Virus record (IMG/VR): IMGVR_UViG_3300030685_000353
Span: 1-64,000 of that record
Reading direction: 5' to 3' (one strand)
Origin: a virus
DNA length: 64,000 bases
The number at the start of each line of letters is the position of its first letter. The first letter of the stretch is position 1. The notes beneath the pieces were generated by a model that was not told where the DNA came from, searched no databases, and was given only the letters and a program-made list of their open reading frames with translations. Made by a program: the position numbers and the translations under genes. Shown here piece by piece: positions 50,204 to 59,064 of the stretch.

Positions 50204-50794
50204 TTAAAATTTTGAAATAGGAAAGTGGAACGGAAATCTTGATTGGTATGCGGATTGTCTACGTAAGAACTTTAGTTCTCCTTCTTCTCTTTCTCTGTGA
50301 AGGTCTAAGAGGTCCTTTTCGCGATCAGATTGATTAACATATACTCTGATTCTGCCATTTAAACAGAAACCGAACGTTTGTCCTTTATTTATTTCTACAT
50401 TTCCCGTGACCATATTAGTGATTGGGAATGTAATAACTATGCCATCTCTAGGGGTTTGAGTTACCGCTTGGACGCGTTCAGTAACTGATACAGGTTCTTT
50501 ATCACCAAAGAAGTGTAGGCAATAAATTGTATCACCAGCTTTAACATCTTCAAGTTCTTTATAGTCGAGGCGGTTGGCTTTTGCCATAATGTCAGCTGCT
50601 AGAGCTTTACATTTCTCGATTATTTCTGGTTGGTAAGGTAGACATTTTCCAGCCTTCCATTCTTTGCCACCGACTGTGACTTCTGTCTTTTCTGGGACTC
50701 CCGAAGGTAAATCACCACTGTACTGAATAAAGGCTCTGAATACTCCTGTATTCGTGAATCGAACCGTGATGTGTACTTTATTTGTTGTGTTCAT
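50204..50794 (-). CDS. Hypothetical protein
   Basis: Start corrected to MNTTNK. Confidence 0.65.
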   Translation of the reverse strand: MNTTNKVHITVRFTNTGVFRAFIQYSGDLPSGVPEKTEVTVGGKEWKAGKCLPYQPEIIEKCKALAADIMAKANRLDYKELEDVKAGDTIYCLHFFGDKEPVSVTERVQAVTQTPRDGIVITFPITNMVTGNVEINKGQTFGFCLNGRIRVYVNQSDREKDLLDLHREREEGELKFLRRQSAYQSRFPFHFPISKF

Positions 50795-50857
50795 TTGATT
50801 TATAATTTGATTACAATACAAATATAATACAATTCTAATGAAGTGAGAAACGTAAGT

Positions 50858-51094
50858 TTACAATTTTGTAACTATAGCGTCTGGAACGACTTCTTTTATT
50901 GCGATATCTAAAAATTCGTGACCAGTGTTAAATGCGACTAACATGTGGTTAGTTATATGTCCTGTTTCGATTAAGATAGTAGCTATTTGGCTATAATCTA
51001 ATCGTTTACGTATCAGGACAAGAACTTCAGGGTTCTGACATGTTATCTGAAGTCCATTCGGCGTTTGATCTCTATTTATTGTTATCAGTGTCAT
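50858..51094 (-). CDS. Hypothetical protein
   Basis: ORF. Confidence 0.55.
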   Translation of the reverse strand: MTLITINRDQTPNGLQITCQNPEVLVLIRKRLDYSQIATILIETGHITNHMLVAFNTGHEFLDIAIKEVVPDAIVTKL

Positions 51095-51377
51095 TTTGTT
51101 CTCTTCGTGCTTTGCGTAGTTTAACCAATTCTGAATAGTTAATAAGTGTCATGTCATACATTCCTTTTGGCCACCGTGAAAGTTCGGCATTCTCATTGAA
51201 CGTAAGTTTATCGTCTTCGTGCATTATATAATACTCCTGAGTGAGGTTCGCTTTAAGGAGGTCTATTTGGAAAGAAGTTAGTTCAACGTCATTGTTCAAA
51301 ACTCCAGCATATTTGTCATCTTTCGTATAGACCCTTAGGATAGGGTATGTGTATCTTCTAATTGGGAACTTTTTCAT
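51072..51377 (-). CDS. Hypothetical protein
   Basis: ORF. Confidence 0.6.
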   Translation of the reverse strand: MKKFPIRRYTYPILRVYTKDDKYAGVLNNDVELTSFQIDLLKANLTQEYYIMHEDDKLTFNENAELSRWPKGMYDMTLINYSELVKLRKARREQNDTDNNK

Positions 51378-51383
51378 AGTTGA

Positions 51384-51755
51384 TTATTTTGTTGTTACAA
51401 ATTCGAGTTCGTCTCCGTATACTGTGCTGTATTTAGTTGTGATATATGCACGAATATAATATTTTGTGTTCGGTTGGAGGTCGCTTAAGTTGGCAGTAAA
51501 AGTGATTGGAGTTTTGGCCTTTTCAAACAATTCTTGATTCAGTGACATAATTTTGGTATCACGAATAGTGGGTTGTGGATGTGTAGACCAGACTACTCCA
51601 GTTTCTGTTAAAGAGCTTACATGAATGCCGTATCCACCAGATGTCGCATAATTAGCGGAAATCTTGGTTACGGGCGTTGTACTGATATACTGTGTGGTCT
51701 CTGATGTACAACTGAGAGTGAAAAGGATAAGGGCGAAGAGGATATACTTTTTCAT
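51384..51755 (-). CDS. Lipoprotein with fibronectin type III domain
   Basis: MKKYILFALILFTLSC lipobox; GVVWSTHPQPT...LSDLQPNTKYYIRAY...YGDELEFVT, typical of Bacteroidota FN3 modules. Confidence 0.75.
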   Translation of the reverse strand: MKKYILFALILFTLSCTSETTQYISTTPVTKISANYATSGGYGIHVSSLTETGVVWSTHPQPTIRDTKIMSLNQELFEKAKTPITFTANLSDLQPNTKYYIRAYITTKYSTVYGDELEFVTTK

Positions 51756-51956
51756 TATAAATGGAATAAGATGATGAATACTAATCCTAAGATAATTGAA
51801 AGTGCCACGAGGCAAATTTTCTGATAAGTAGTGAAGCGTTTCATATTGTTATGTTTTAATTACAATACAAATATAATACAATTCTATCAGTTTGGGAAAC
51901 GTAAGCAAAAAAAAAGAAGAGAACTGAGTCCCTTCTTCTTTTTAACAGATTGTTTT

Positions 51957-52640
51957 TTATTTAGCTATAAAGTGAACTGAAAGCATACCGGGTGAGTCTG
52001 TGGCTGGAGCGATCATTACGTCTTTCCAACCGGCTTCCAAGTAGAGTGCCTTGACTTCTTCTAGAATATCGGTGCTTATGCCCTTTGCGTTAATAAAAGA
52101 GTGAATGAAACCGTCTTCTCTAACGTCTTTCGGGTTAGCGTCTTTAACATGAGCTTCGAAGATTGCCACTGTTTCTTCAAGGGAAAGATCGGGGAAGAAC
52201 TTTTTAGGCCCGGTTACAGAGAATGGGCTTTCTTCTCCTACTGGAGGAAGAGAAATGGGCCAGATACCAACCATATCGGCTTCTTTAACTTCATATCCTG
52301 AATCATGGGCTAATGCTTGAGCTTCTATGAATCCGATTCGAGTTCCTGGTGCATTAACCAGTACGGCATAGAATGATTCAGGGTCTCCATTATGAATATC
52401 AAAGACTACGAGGTGGTTTGGATCGGGCATACCTCTGTGTACTGGAATCAACCAACTTTCTGGATAACCAAATTTGTCATCTTCTTCAATGAGGTTCATT
52501 TGAGGATGTGACCTTAATAGAAAGGTGATGTTAATGTTGTTCTTTTCGAAGCCGGAAATACTCCAATTTCTGTTTGATATGAGGATGCAGGGGTTACATC
52601 TTGCATCTGAAATTTCTGATTTGAAAATAATTTTGTCCAT
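51957..52640 (-). CDS. Hypothetical protein
   Basis: ORF behind a promoter repeat. Confidence 0.65.
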   Translation of the reverse strand: MDKIIFKSEISDARCNPCILISNRNWSISGFEKNNINITFLLRSHPQMNLIEEDDKFGYPESWLIPVHRGMPDPNHLVVFDIHNGDPESFYAVLVNAPGTRIGFIEAQALAHDSGYEVKEADMVGIWPISLPPVGEESPFSVTGPKKFFPDLSLEETVAIFEAHVKDANPKDVREDGFIHSFINAKGISTDILEEVKALYLEAGWKDVMIAPATDSPGMLSVHFIAK

Positions 52641-52701
52641 TTGATTTTATTATTTGATTACAATACAAATATAATACAATTCTAACGAAGTGTAAAACGT
52701 A

Positions 52702-53064
52702 TCAATAATTATGTAATCTAAGTGTGTGGTCGATATAAAAATCTACAAGGGACTCGATGAATCCATTTCCTTTCGGGAGGTACAGTTCAGAATAATCGTT
52801 GGTTAAAATTTCTTCACGTTTTCCCATTATTGTAACTGTGATGCATTCCTCGTTTGAACCGAAAGTCTTCGTGAATTGTTGGAACTCGTACTTTTCAGTT
52901 ATTTCGTCACCATTTCTGAATTTAATGGAGATGTCTGATTCGCATTCGTCTACAGTACCGGTTACTTCTTCTACGAGGTGATGCCATCTCCAATTTTCGA
53001 CATTTCCTGCTTCTGCCTTGATTACAGTGGCATCACCTTGTAGTTTTAAAAGTGTCTTTAACAT
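52702..53064 (-). CDS. Acidic hypothetical protein
   Basis: ORF. Confidence 0.6.
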   Translation of the reverse strand: MLKTLLKLQGDATVIKAEAGNVENWRWHHLVEEVTGTVDECESDISIKFRNGDEITEKYEFQQFTKTFGSNEECITVTIMGKREEILTNDYSELYLPKGNGFIESLVDFYIDHTLRLHNY

Positions 53065-53297
53065 TTCTTTTTCCCTTTCTTTTTCTCAATTAGAGGTTTA
53101 GGGGCTAAAGAAGATCGGAACCATGCTGCATTTGCGAAAGAAAATTCTGGTGCTTCTTCTTTTTGAAAGAGTTCAGGGTGGCGGGTTCCTGATGCTATGG
53201 ATTGTGCTACGGCAGAATTTGTGTCTACCGAACGTGCTGAATGTTTAAATCCTGATAAAGTTTTGTCTTGTACGTCTCCGATATGTCCTGATCTCAT
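53058..53297 (-). CDS. Hypothetical protein with basic tail
   Basis: Start corrected to MRSGHIG. Confidence 0.55.
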   Translation of the reverse strand: MRSGHIGDVQDKTLSGFKHSARSVDTNSAVAQSIASGTRHPELFQKEEAPEFSFANAAWFRSSLAPKPLIEKKKGKKKC

Positions 53298-53381
53298 AAT
53301 GTATAATTTTATATTGTTGTTTTTAATTACAATACAAATATAATACAATTCTAACAGTGTAGGAAACGCTACTCAATTTAT

Positions 53382-53606
53382 TTATTCATGATGTTTTTTA
53401 CAATTATAAATCCGTGCTCTTCTGGAACGTACTATTGAGGTGACTACTGCAATAATGATCGATTCTGCATTGATCAAGATTACGTCCCCTATTTTCGGTC
53501 TGATGCGGTCTGAATTGAACTGTGTCGTTCGACCTCTGTGCAAAATCTTGATTATATGTTTCATGTGGCTTAGCAGACGCATAAGGCTTTGTGCCTTTGT
53601 GCCCAT
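53382..53606 (-). CDS. Small basic hypothetical protein
   Basis: ORF; real start possibly MKHIIK. Confidence 0.4.
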   Translation of the reverse strand: MGTKAQSLMRLLSHMKHIIKILHRGRTTQFNSDRIRPKIGDVILINAESIIIAVVTSIVRSRRARIYNCKKHHE

Positions 53607-53637
53607 ATAGTGCGCAATGTTTGTCTTAAATGTACAA

Positions 53638-53675
53638 GAAACTGCATCCTTATAATTGTTAAGGATGCAGTTTTT
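53638..53675. terminator. Strong hairpin/terminator after the histone-like gene
   Basis: aaactgcatcctta-taattgt-taaggatgcagttt. Confidence 0.75.
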
Positions 53676-53692
53676 ATATTTCCTTACCCGGA

Positions 53693-54265
53693 TTAATTAT
53701 GGGCTAGGATGGCTTTTTTCAATTTGAAAATCTTTTTGTTACCTTCGATTTCGATACGTAACCATTCATCTCCTTTTTCATCTTTGTCGTAAACTTTCAG
53801 GAGTTTTCCTTCTTGAACCCCGGCTGATCGGAATTTTGAATTTCGGGCTGGGAGGAATGATACGATTTGGTCAGCTTTAAGAGCGGTTTCCGGAGTCATA
53901 AGGTTGGTGGCGTTCGGTGTGATACCATCGATAACTTTCGGAGTAAGTTTTACCTTTGCAGGTTTTTCAGCTTTTGGTGTTACCACTTTTTCAGCTTTTA
54001 CTTTGGCCACTTTTTCAGCTTTTGGTTTTTCAGTTTTTTCCTTGGCTACCTTTTCAGTTTTAGGTGCTTCTGTTTTTTCAGCTTTTGGTTTGGCCACTTT
54101 TTCAGCTTTTGGTTTTTCAACTTTTGCCTTTGGAGCTGTTTTTTCGTTACGAGATGCTACGATTTCTTGGGCTGAGGCTAAATCTTCAGGAGATAAGTTA
54201 CCAGTAGCGATTTTTTTGTTAAGTTCAGTTGTACTGAATTTTGACATTGGGTTTGTTGTTGACAT
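53693..54265 (-). CDS. Lys/Ala/Pro/Glu-rich (histone H1-like) repeat protein
   Basis: Repeats KAEKVAKPKAEK, KTEKPKAEKVAK; preceded by three tandem promoters. Confidence 0.7.
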   Translation of the reverse strand: MSTTNPMSKFSTTELNKKIATGNLSPEDLASAQEIVASRNEKTAPKAKVEKPKAEKVAKPKAEKTEAPKTEKVAKEKTEKPKAEKVAKVKAEKVVTPKAEKPAKVKLTPKVIDGITPNATNLMTPETALKADQIVSFLPARNSKFRSAGVQEGKLLKVYDKDEKGDEWLRIEIEGNKKIFKLKKAILAHN

Positions 54266-54306
54266 AATTTCTAAGTTTTTGGAAGTTTATAAAATTGTTA
54301 TTGATT

Positions 54307-54526
54307 AATTACTATACAAAAATAATACTTTTTGAATGAATGGTAAAAAGTATTTCAAATTATTTTTTCGTTTTGTAAAAGAAATGTTTAGTTTGATTTA
54401 CTATACAAAAATAATACTTTTTGACTGAATGGTAAAAAGTATTTCAAATTATTTTTTACGTTAAAAAATAATGTTTGGTTTGATTTACTATACAAAAATA
54501 ATACTATTCTATAGGTTAGTAAAACG
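54307..54526 (-). repeat. Three tandem ~88-bp promoter-containing repeats
   Basis: ttactatacaaaaataatact occurs three times; tgaatggtaaaaagtatttcaaattatttttt occurs twice. Confidence 0.85.
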
Positions 54527-54537
54527 TATCGAAAAAA

Positions 54538-54771
54538 TTATTCCTCTATAATAAGTTTATTTTCGAACATAGAAGGAAATTCGGTAACGTTCTCACCTTC
54601 TATTTCTAGCATCTTACATACTATTTTTTCTTGCTTGTCATGGACAGTAATTTTGCCGTACGAATCAAATTGAAGCTCTATGCCTAATTTAGTCATCAGG
54701 TCTTCAATCTGTCTGAGTTTCTGAGTTGTTGGATGTGTCTCCAGTAGTCGCTTTGCCATCTTTGTGATCAT
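54538..54771 (-). CDS. Hypothetical protein
   Basis: ORF. Confidence 0.55.
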   Translation of the reverse strand: MITKMAKRLLETHPTTQKLRQIEDLMTKLGIELQFDSYGKITVHDKQEKIVCKMLEIEGENVTEFPSMFENKLIIEE

Positions 54772-55022
54772 TTATTAGTGGTACAAATATCATTAGTGCT
54801 AGTAAAAGTGTAGCGACTAAGAATGAAAAAATTAACTCTTCGAAAATATTGAGTTCCATTAGTCGAGGATTTCAAATTCTGCTTCCTCTACAACTCTAAC
54901 TTCTGCTGTGGCGAGGTAAATGAATACCAAAAGTGCCATAATTTCAAGATCTGTCATATTATTGTTATGTTTTAATTACAATACAAATATAATACAATTC
55001 TATCAGCTGGGGAAAAGTCTGG

Positions 55023-55319
55023 TCAATAATTTTGTTTTAACCAAGACTTGAAGCTATTCTTTTTATTTCGTTGATCGTTTTGAGTCTTAAGCGTGGCATA
55101 GAATATGTCGTACTCTTTATAAATTTCATCCCAACTTGGCTTCGTGAAGTCGTTTTTAGGATAGGAATACATTTCGTACCCTAATCGATCTACCAATTTA
55201 CGGGCTGAGGCTTTCATTTCGTCATCGTGACAATCATTTTGATAATTTCCTAATGCCACTGCTATTAAAGCTATCTCTTTACACGATAGTTTCGTTTTTA
55301 TTACTCCATTAATGTCCAT
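55023..55319 (-). CDS. Hypothetical protein
   Basis: ORF. Confidence 0.55.
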   Translation of the reverse strand: MDINGVIKTKLSCKEIALIAVALGNYQNDCHDDEMKASARKLVDRLGYEMYSYPKNDFTKPSWDEIYKEYDIFYATLKTQNDQRNKKNSFKSWLKQNY

Positions 55320-55321
55320 AA

Positions 55322-55537
55322 TTATCTGTATAAAATTACATGTTCACCGAAATATTTTTCAAATACACTTATAAGATTCTCGTAATCTCCAGAGGTTAAT
55401 TCAGCTTGAATTGCGTCGTGGTCGAGGCCGAGTTGTTTAGATAAGTCGCTGGCATATCCAAGTAATACAAATGCATTGCCTTGTGGTCCAGTCAGATCTA
55501 GACTTGGATATTCCGGTTCAATTTTTTTCCTTATCAT
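55322..55537 (-). CDS. Conserved small phage protein (LTGPxGNAF type)
   Basis: LDLTGPQGNAFVLLG...SGDYENL. Confidence 0.7.
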   Translation of the reverse strand: MIRKKIEPEYPSLDLTGPQGNAFVLLGYASDLSKQLGLDHDAIQAELTSGDYENLISVFEKYFGEHVILYR

Positions 55538-55600
55538 TTTTTTATTATTTGATTACAATACAAATATAATACATTTCTAACAAATGGTAAAAAGCTTTAC

Positions 55601-56395
55601 TTAAAAACCGAACTTTTTTCCTAAAATTTGTCCCCGTCTTGTATGAACCTCTTCATGTGATAATAATACTATACATTCATTTCGCTTCAATTCATTGTAG
55701 CCGCTTCTCCATTTCTTGTAGAGCAGATCTGCAGCTTTATCCCATCCTTCTTGGGTTTCAGCGATGAATGCCTTATCCTCGTAAAATAAAAATGCATTCC
55801 CTTTAACACCTATTGTAGCATTTTGATTCATTTTGGCATATCCATAACCATTGAACTGTGCCCATGAATTTCGAGTACATATTAATCTCATTGTGAAAAA
55901 GTTACTCAAGTCAAATAGTTCATTTTTCGAGTCGATTATTACAAAATGAGGCAATGTTAATAAAATGCCAACCTCAGTGTCAGAGTTTATGTAACTTATA
56001 TTGAAGCCAGCTTTTTTGTATTTTTTTAATTCAGTGTGCTTTGCCTTACGGAGTAAAGATTCAGAGTCAATATTTAATTCTCTAAGGCGTTGCTCCTCTT
56101 CATTTTGTTTTATCCTTTTAAGGAGCTTTAATAACCCATTCTTCCACCCTTCTAAAGTGTCAGGAATAAAACTTACGCATGGTCTATTGTCGCAATTTAT
56201 TTTTCCGCCATGATAAATTTGATATGACACTTTATAATCATCATTATTGTATCGCTGACGTGATTTTAAGGCCTTTATTTTAAATGTCGTTACAGCTTGC
56301 CTATTCGTTCTAATATTCTCAAAGCCCATCTTCAGAATCTCTTGATATTCAGGGAGGTTCTCAATTACTTTGCGGGTGGTTTCATCAATAATCAT
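55601..56395 (-). CDS. Hypothetical protein with C-terminal RGQILGKKFGF tag
   Basis: ORF behind a promoter repeat. Confidence 0.7.
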   Translation of the reverse strand: MIIDETTRKVIENLPEYQEILKMGFENIRTNRQAVTTFKIKALKSRQRYNNDDYKVSYQIYHGGKINCDNRPCVSFIPDTLEGWKNGLLKLLKRIKQNEEEQRLRELNIDSESLLRKAKHTELKKYKKAGFNISYINSDTEVGILLTLPHFVIIDSKNELFDLSNFFTMRLICTRNSWAQFNGYGYAKMNQNATIGVKGNAFLFYEDKAFIAETQEGWDKAADLLYKKWRSGYNELKRNECIVLLSHEEVHTRRGQILGKKFGF

Positions 56396-56533
56396 AAAAG
56401 TTATTTTTAATTACAATACAAATATAATACAATTCTTCCAACTGGCAAAAAGTAAACATAAAAAAGTGGCCCCTCTTCACAGAGAAACCACCCGGTGGCC
56501 GAAGCCGTGTAATCAAAAATCTTATGAAACTCT

Positions 56534-56624
56534 TGGTGCCGAGGGAGGGTTACGATTCCTCATTCCTTCGTCAGAAGGACTTACACAGCAGCTGAAGCCA
56601 TGTCTACCATTAGTTTACCTCGGC
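56534..56624 (-). tRNA. Degenerate tRNA-Leu(CAG)-like gene
   Basis: Acceptor GCCGAGG/CCTCGGC + A + CCA; TGGTAGAC; long variable arm TCCTTC-TGAC-GAAGGA; loop TTCAGCT; aberrant T loop ATCGTAA and weak D stem. Confidence 0.6.
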
Positions 56625-56724
56625 CACACTCCGTCCGATTATTACGAACCAAATCGATTATGGCATAGCCAATCGGAGGGCAGTGTGGGATTGTTTTGAT
56701 CAAAACAGACGGTGATCAGCCATC

Positions 56725-56792
56725 GTGGGGTTAGCAGAATCGAACTACTCTTTGCCGTGCACTAGCCGTCCTAACCGATAGACGAAACCCCC
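56725..56792 (-). tRNA. tRNA-like gene (Glu/Asp-type D arm) with shortened anticodon arm
   Basis: GGGGTT/AACCCC acceptor; D arm GTCT-ATCGGTT-AGGAC; T arm AGTAG-TTCGATT-CTGCT; only 18 nt between D and T arms. Confidence 0.55.
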
Positions 56793-56825
56793 AGAGTGTA
56801 TAGCTATACCACTCCTTTCTGTCCT

Positions 56826-57041
56826 TTAGCAGGACATAATGCTTGTCGTAGCCATTGTATTTAACGAATTTGCAATAACGTTAGCTACGTTACTTATATT
56901 TTTCTTTGTCACCTTACCTCCTACATATACACGTGATACTTCTACTTTATCGAGGTGTATTCCTGTGTCTACTTTGACCTCTGTTACCTCCACTATACGA
57001 TATGTATTAACGGTATGTTCTTCTGCAATGTAATGTGCCAT
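56826..57041 (-). CDS. Hypothetical protein
   Basis: ORF behind a promoter repeat, upstream of the tRNA-like cluster. Confidence 0.55.
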   Translation of the reverse strand: MAHYIAEEHTVNTYRIVEVTEVKVDTGIHLDKVEVSRVYVGGKVTKKNISNVANVIANSLNTMATTSIMSC

Positions 57042-57248
57042 AATTGATTTATTTTATGATACAAAAATAAACAAAAAACTCATTATGGTAAAACGCCTAT
57101 ACACATGCGTTCTTGTGCATTTTGTACAAGCAGCAATTGCAAGGTTGCCATATATAAACCATTAATCGCCTTATTATTGTCATAATACCAGAGTTTACGT
57201 CTTTGAAAAAGGTTTAAATGATATATAAACCAAAATAAATTTGAAAAT

Positions 57249-57389
57249 ATGAAGGTGATAGCTTATATTCTACTCGGCATTCTTCTTACAATTGGTCTAG
57301 CTTATGGAGGATTTGTGCTCTGGGCTAACCGTATATTGAAAGATTTTGTAATAGGTGACTTAGATTTTGATGAAGACGAAATGATTTAA
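57249..57389 (+). CDS. 46-aa single-TM protein with acidic tail
   Basis: MKVIAYILLGILLTIGLAYGGFVLWANRILKDFVIGDLDFDEDEMI; GATATATAAAC at 57220 upstream. Confidence 0.55.
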   Translation: MKVIAYILLGILLTIGLAYGGFVLWANRILKDFVIGDLDFDEDEMI

Positions 57390-57808
57390 AACCCGAATTT
57401 TCGTGACTTAATCATGCCTCGCTTGACATGTTTCCATTCTTCCCATAATGTATATTCTGATTTCTCGAACAGTTTCCAATCAGTAGGAAACTCTTCTTTG
57501 ATAAATTTATAGCTCAAACGTATTGCCATAATGCGAGTTGCTACAGAAGACCAAGGAAGATCTGCAATGATGACTTCCTGATGCATTCCTACGACTACTG
57601 TTTCTACCTTACCCTCAACTGGCTTAAAGTAAAAAACTTGGGCCTTAAGTGCTGGCATATTTTGTAATCCAGAAGTATTTGTGCAATGATCTGAAAGTAT
57701 TTTATCTAAGTACCAAGAACCCTGTTCAGTCACAAGAACAGGGGCAATCCCCTGTTCCCATGGCCAAATACCTAAGCATTCCAGTATTGTATCAACCTTT
57801 GTGTTCAC
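57386..57808 (-). CDS. Hypothetical protein with C-terminal RGMIKSRKFGF tag
   Basis: ORF. Confidence 0.7.
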   Translation of the reverse strand: MNTKVDTILECLGIWPWEQGIAPVLVTEQGSWYLDKILSDHCTNTSGLQNMPALKAQVFYFKPVEGKVETVVVGMHQEVIIADLPWSSVATRIMAIRLSYKFIKEEFPTDWKLFEKSEYTLWEEWKHVKRGMIKSRKFGF

Positions 57809-58367
57809 TTACTAAGCGTTTATATTCGGTGATTATATCGAGCATATACTGTACCATTTCTCTTGCAGATTCAGTACCAGAAACGTTATTCGGATAACCG
57901 GTAGAGTAGTCTCCTATATACCAAGTATTACGAGCATAATAACCGGATGTGTATATCTTAGCAGCTTGTGACTTTCTCGTAAACTCAGCTTTTTCATAAT
58001 CCTTTTTTGCAAAAGTACTACCAGTCTTACTGATAAAGAAATTATCTGATTCATCCACGATTTCTACTTCAATTGTACGTTGGCCTTTCTTTTTGGCTAG
58101 TTCATCGTTAATGATACGTAATCCCTTGGTCACATATTCACCTTTGCCATTTAAAATAGCTAGAGCTTTTTCTAGTGAAGTAGTTGGTATGTCGAATCTG
58201 GCATTATCTTTACGGAAATAGAATCGTTTGCTTTCGCGGAAACGTGGAACTTGATAGACAAATTCTACATTAGGTGCTATTTCAATACGTTCAGTTTCAG
58301 TGATTTTATCAGAAAATGATAAGACCGTACGATGTGTGATAGTCTGTAGGTGATCTATTTTTGTCAT
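57792..58367 (-). CDS. Hypothetical protein (paralogue of 58364..58909)
   Basis: IVDESDNFFISKTGSTFAKKDYEK. Confidence 0.65.
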   Translation of the reverse strand: MTKIDHLQTITHRTVLSFSDKITETERIEIAPNVEFVYQVPRFRESKRFYFRKDNARFDIPTTSLEKALAILNGKGEYVTKGLRIINDELAKKKGQRTIEVEIVDESDNFFISKTGSTFAKKDYEKAEFTRKSQAAKIYTSGYYARNTWYIGDYSTGYPNNVSGTESAREMVQYMLDIITEYKRLVSEHKG

Positions 58368-58909
58368 TTGGTTACCTCCTTTGCTTTAAGATTGTCGTAT
58401 TCTGCGAATACGGCTAAAATATAGTCAATTAATGTGATATACTGAGCAATTCCAGACTCTATGAAACCAACAAATTGGTTATTATAGTAGAACTGATCCT
58501 TTGTGATCTTTAAATGCTTAAACACCGGAGGAGCCATTGTTTTTTCAAAGTCTTCTTTACTAAATGCTCCTTTGGCAGTTATGAAGTATTTTTCAGACTC
58601 TTCGATTACAGTGGCACGAATGATACGTTTCGTCTTAAGGTTTAACAAAGCTGGTTCTTCAGTGGCAGTATTTGTTAGGAACTCCTTAATGCGAAGCAGA
58701 TCAGTAACAGTTGCTTTTTGGCAACCAAATGCTACTAAATGATTCGAAAAATAAAATGCGGCGTCATATGATCGAATACATGGTGTATTATATGTTAACA
58801 CATGCATTCCTATGTTTTCAGACCTGGTTCGCTTCTTAAAGAATGAATCATTTTCATCCATTGACAACGACACAACTTTACGTTGAATAATCTCTTCTGT
58901 TCGTATCAT
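58364..58909 (-). CDS. Hypothetical protein (paralogue of 57792..58367)
   Basis: VIEESEKYFITAKGAFSKEDFEK. Confidence 0.65.
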   Translation of the reverse strand: MIRTEEIIQRKVVSLSMDENDSFFKKRTRSENIGMHVLTYNTPCIRSYDAAFYFSNHLVAFGCQKATVTDLLRIKEFLTNTATEEPALLNLKTKRIIRATVIEESEKYFITAKGAFSKEDFEKTMAPPVFKHLKITKDQFYYNNQFVGFIESGIAQYITLIDYILAVFAEYDNLKAKEVTK

Positions 58910-59030
58910 GTTTTAGTTTTAAATTACAATACAAAAATAACTAAAAAAGCTCATTAAAGAAAACGTAGCTAAGCCTCTCTTAAAATAGGTTTGTGTTAAT
59001 GGCACCATATATGCGCATCTATTCACACTG

Positions 59031-59060
59031 CAAAGGGTCTTCATCTCGAAGACCCTTTTG
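59031..59060 (-). terminator. Hairpin terminator after ligA
   Basis: aaagggtcttc-atctc-gaagaccctttt. Confidence 0.7.
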
Positions 59061-59064
59061 CTAC

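Noticed and set aside
56581-56602. Reading the 56534..56624 element as tRNA-Sec or an opal suppressor (TCA)
   Set aside because: The best stem (ACATGGC/GCTGTGT) centres on CAG; the 7-bp acceptor and A73 fit Leu
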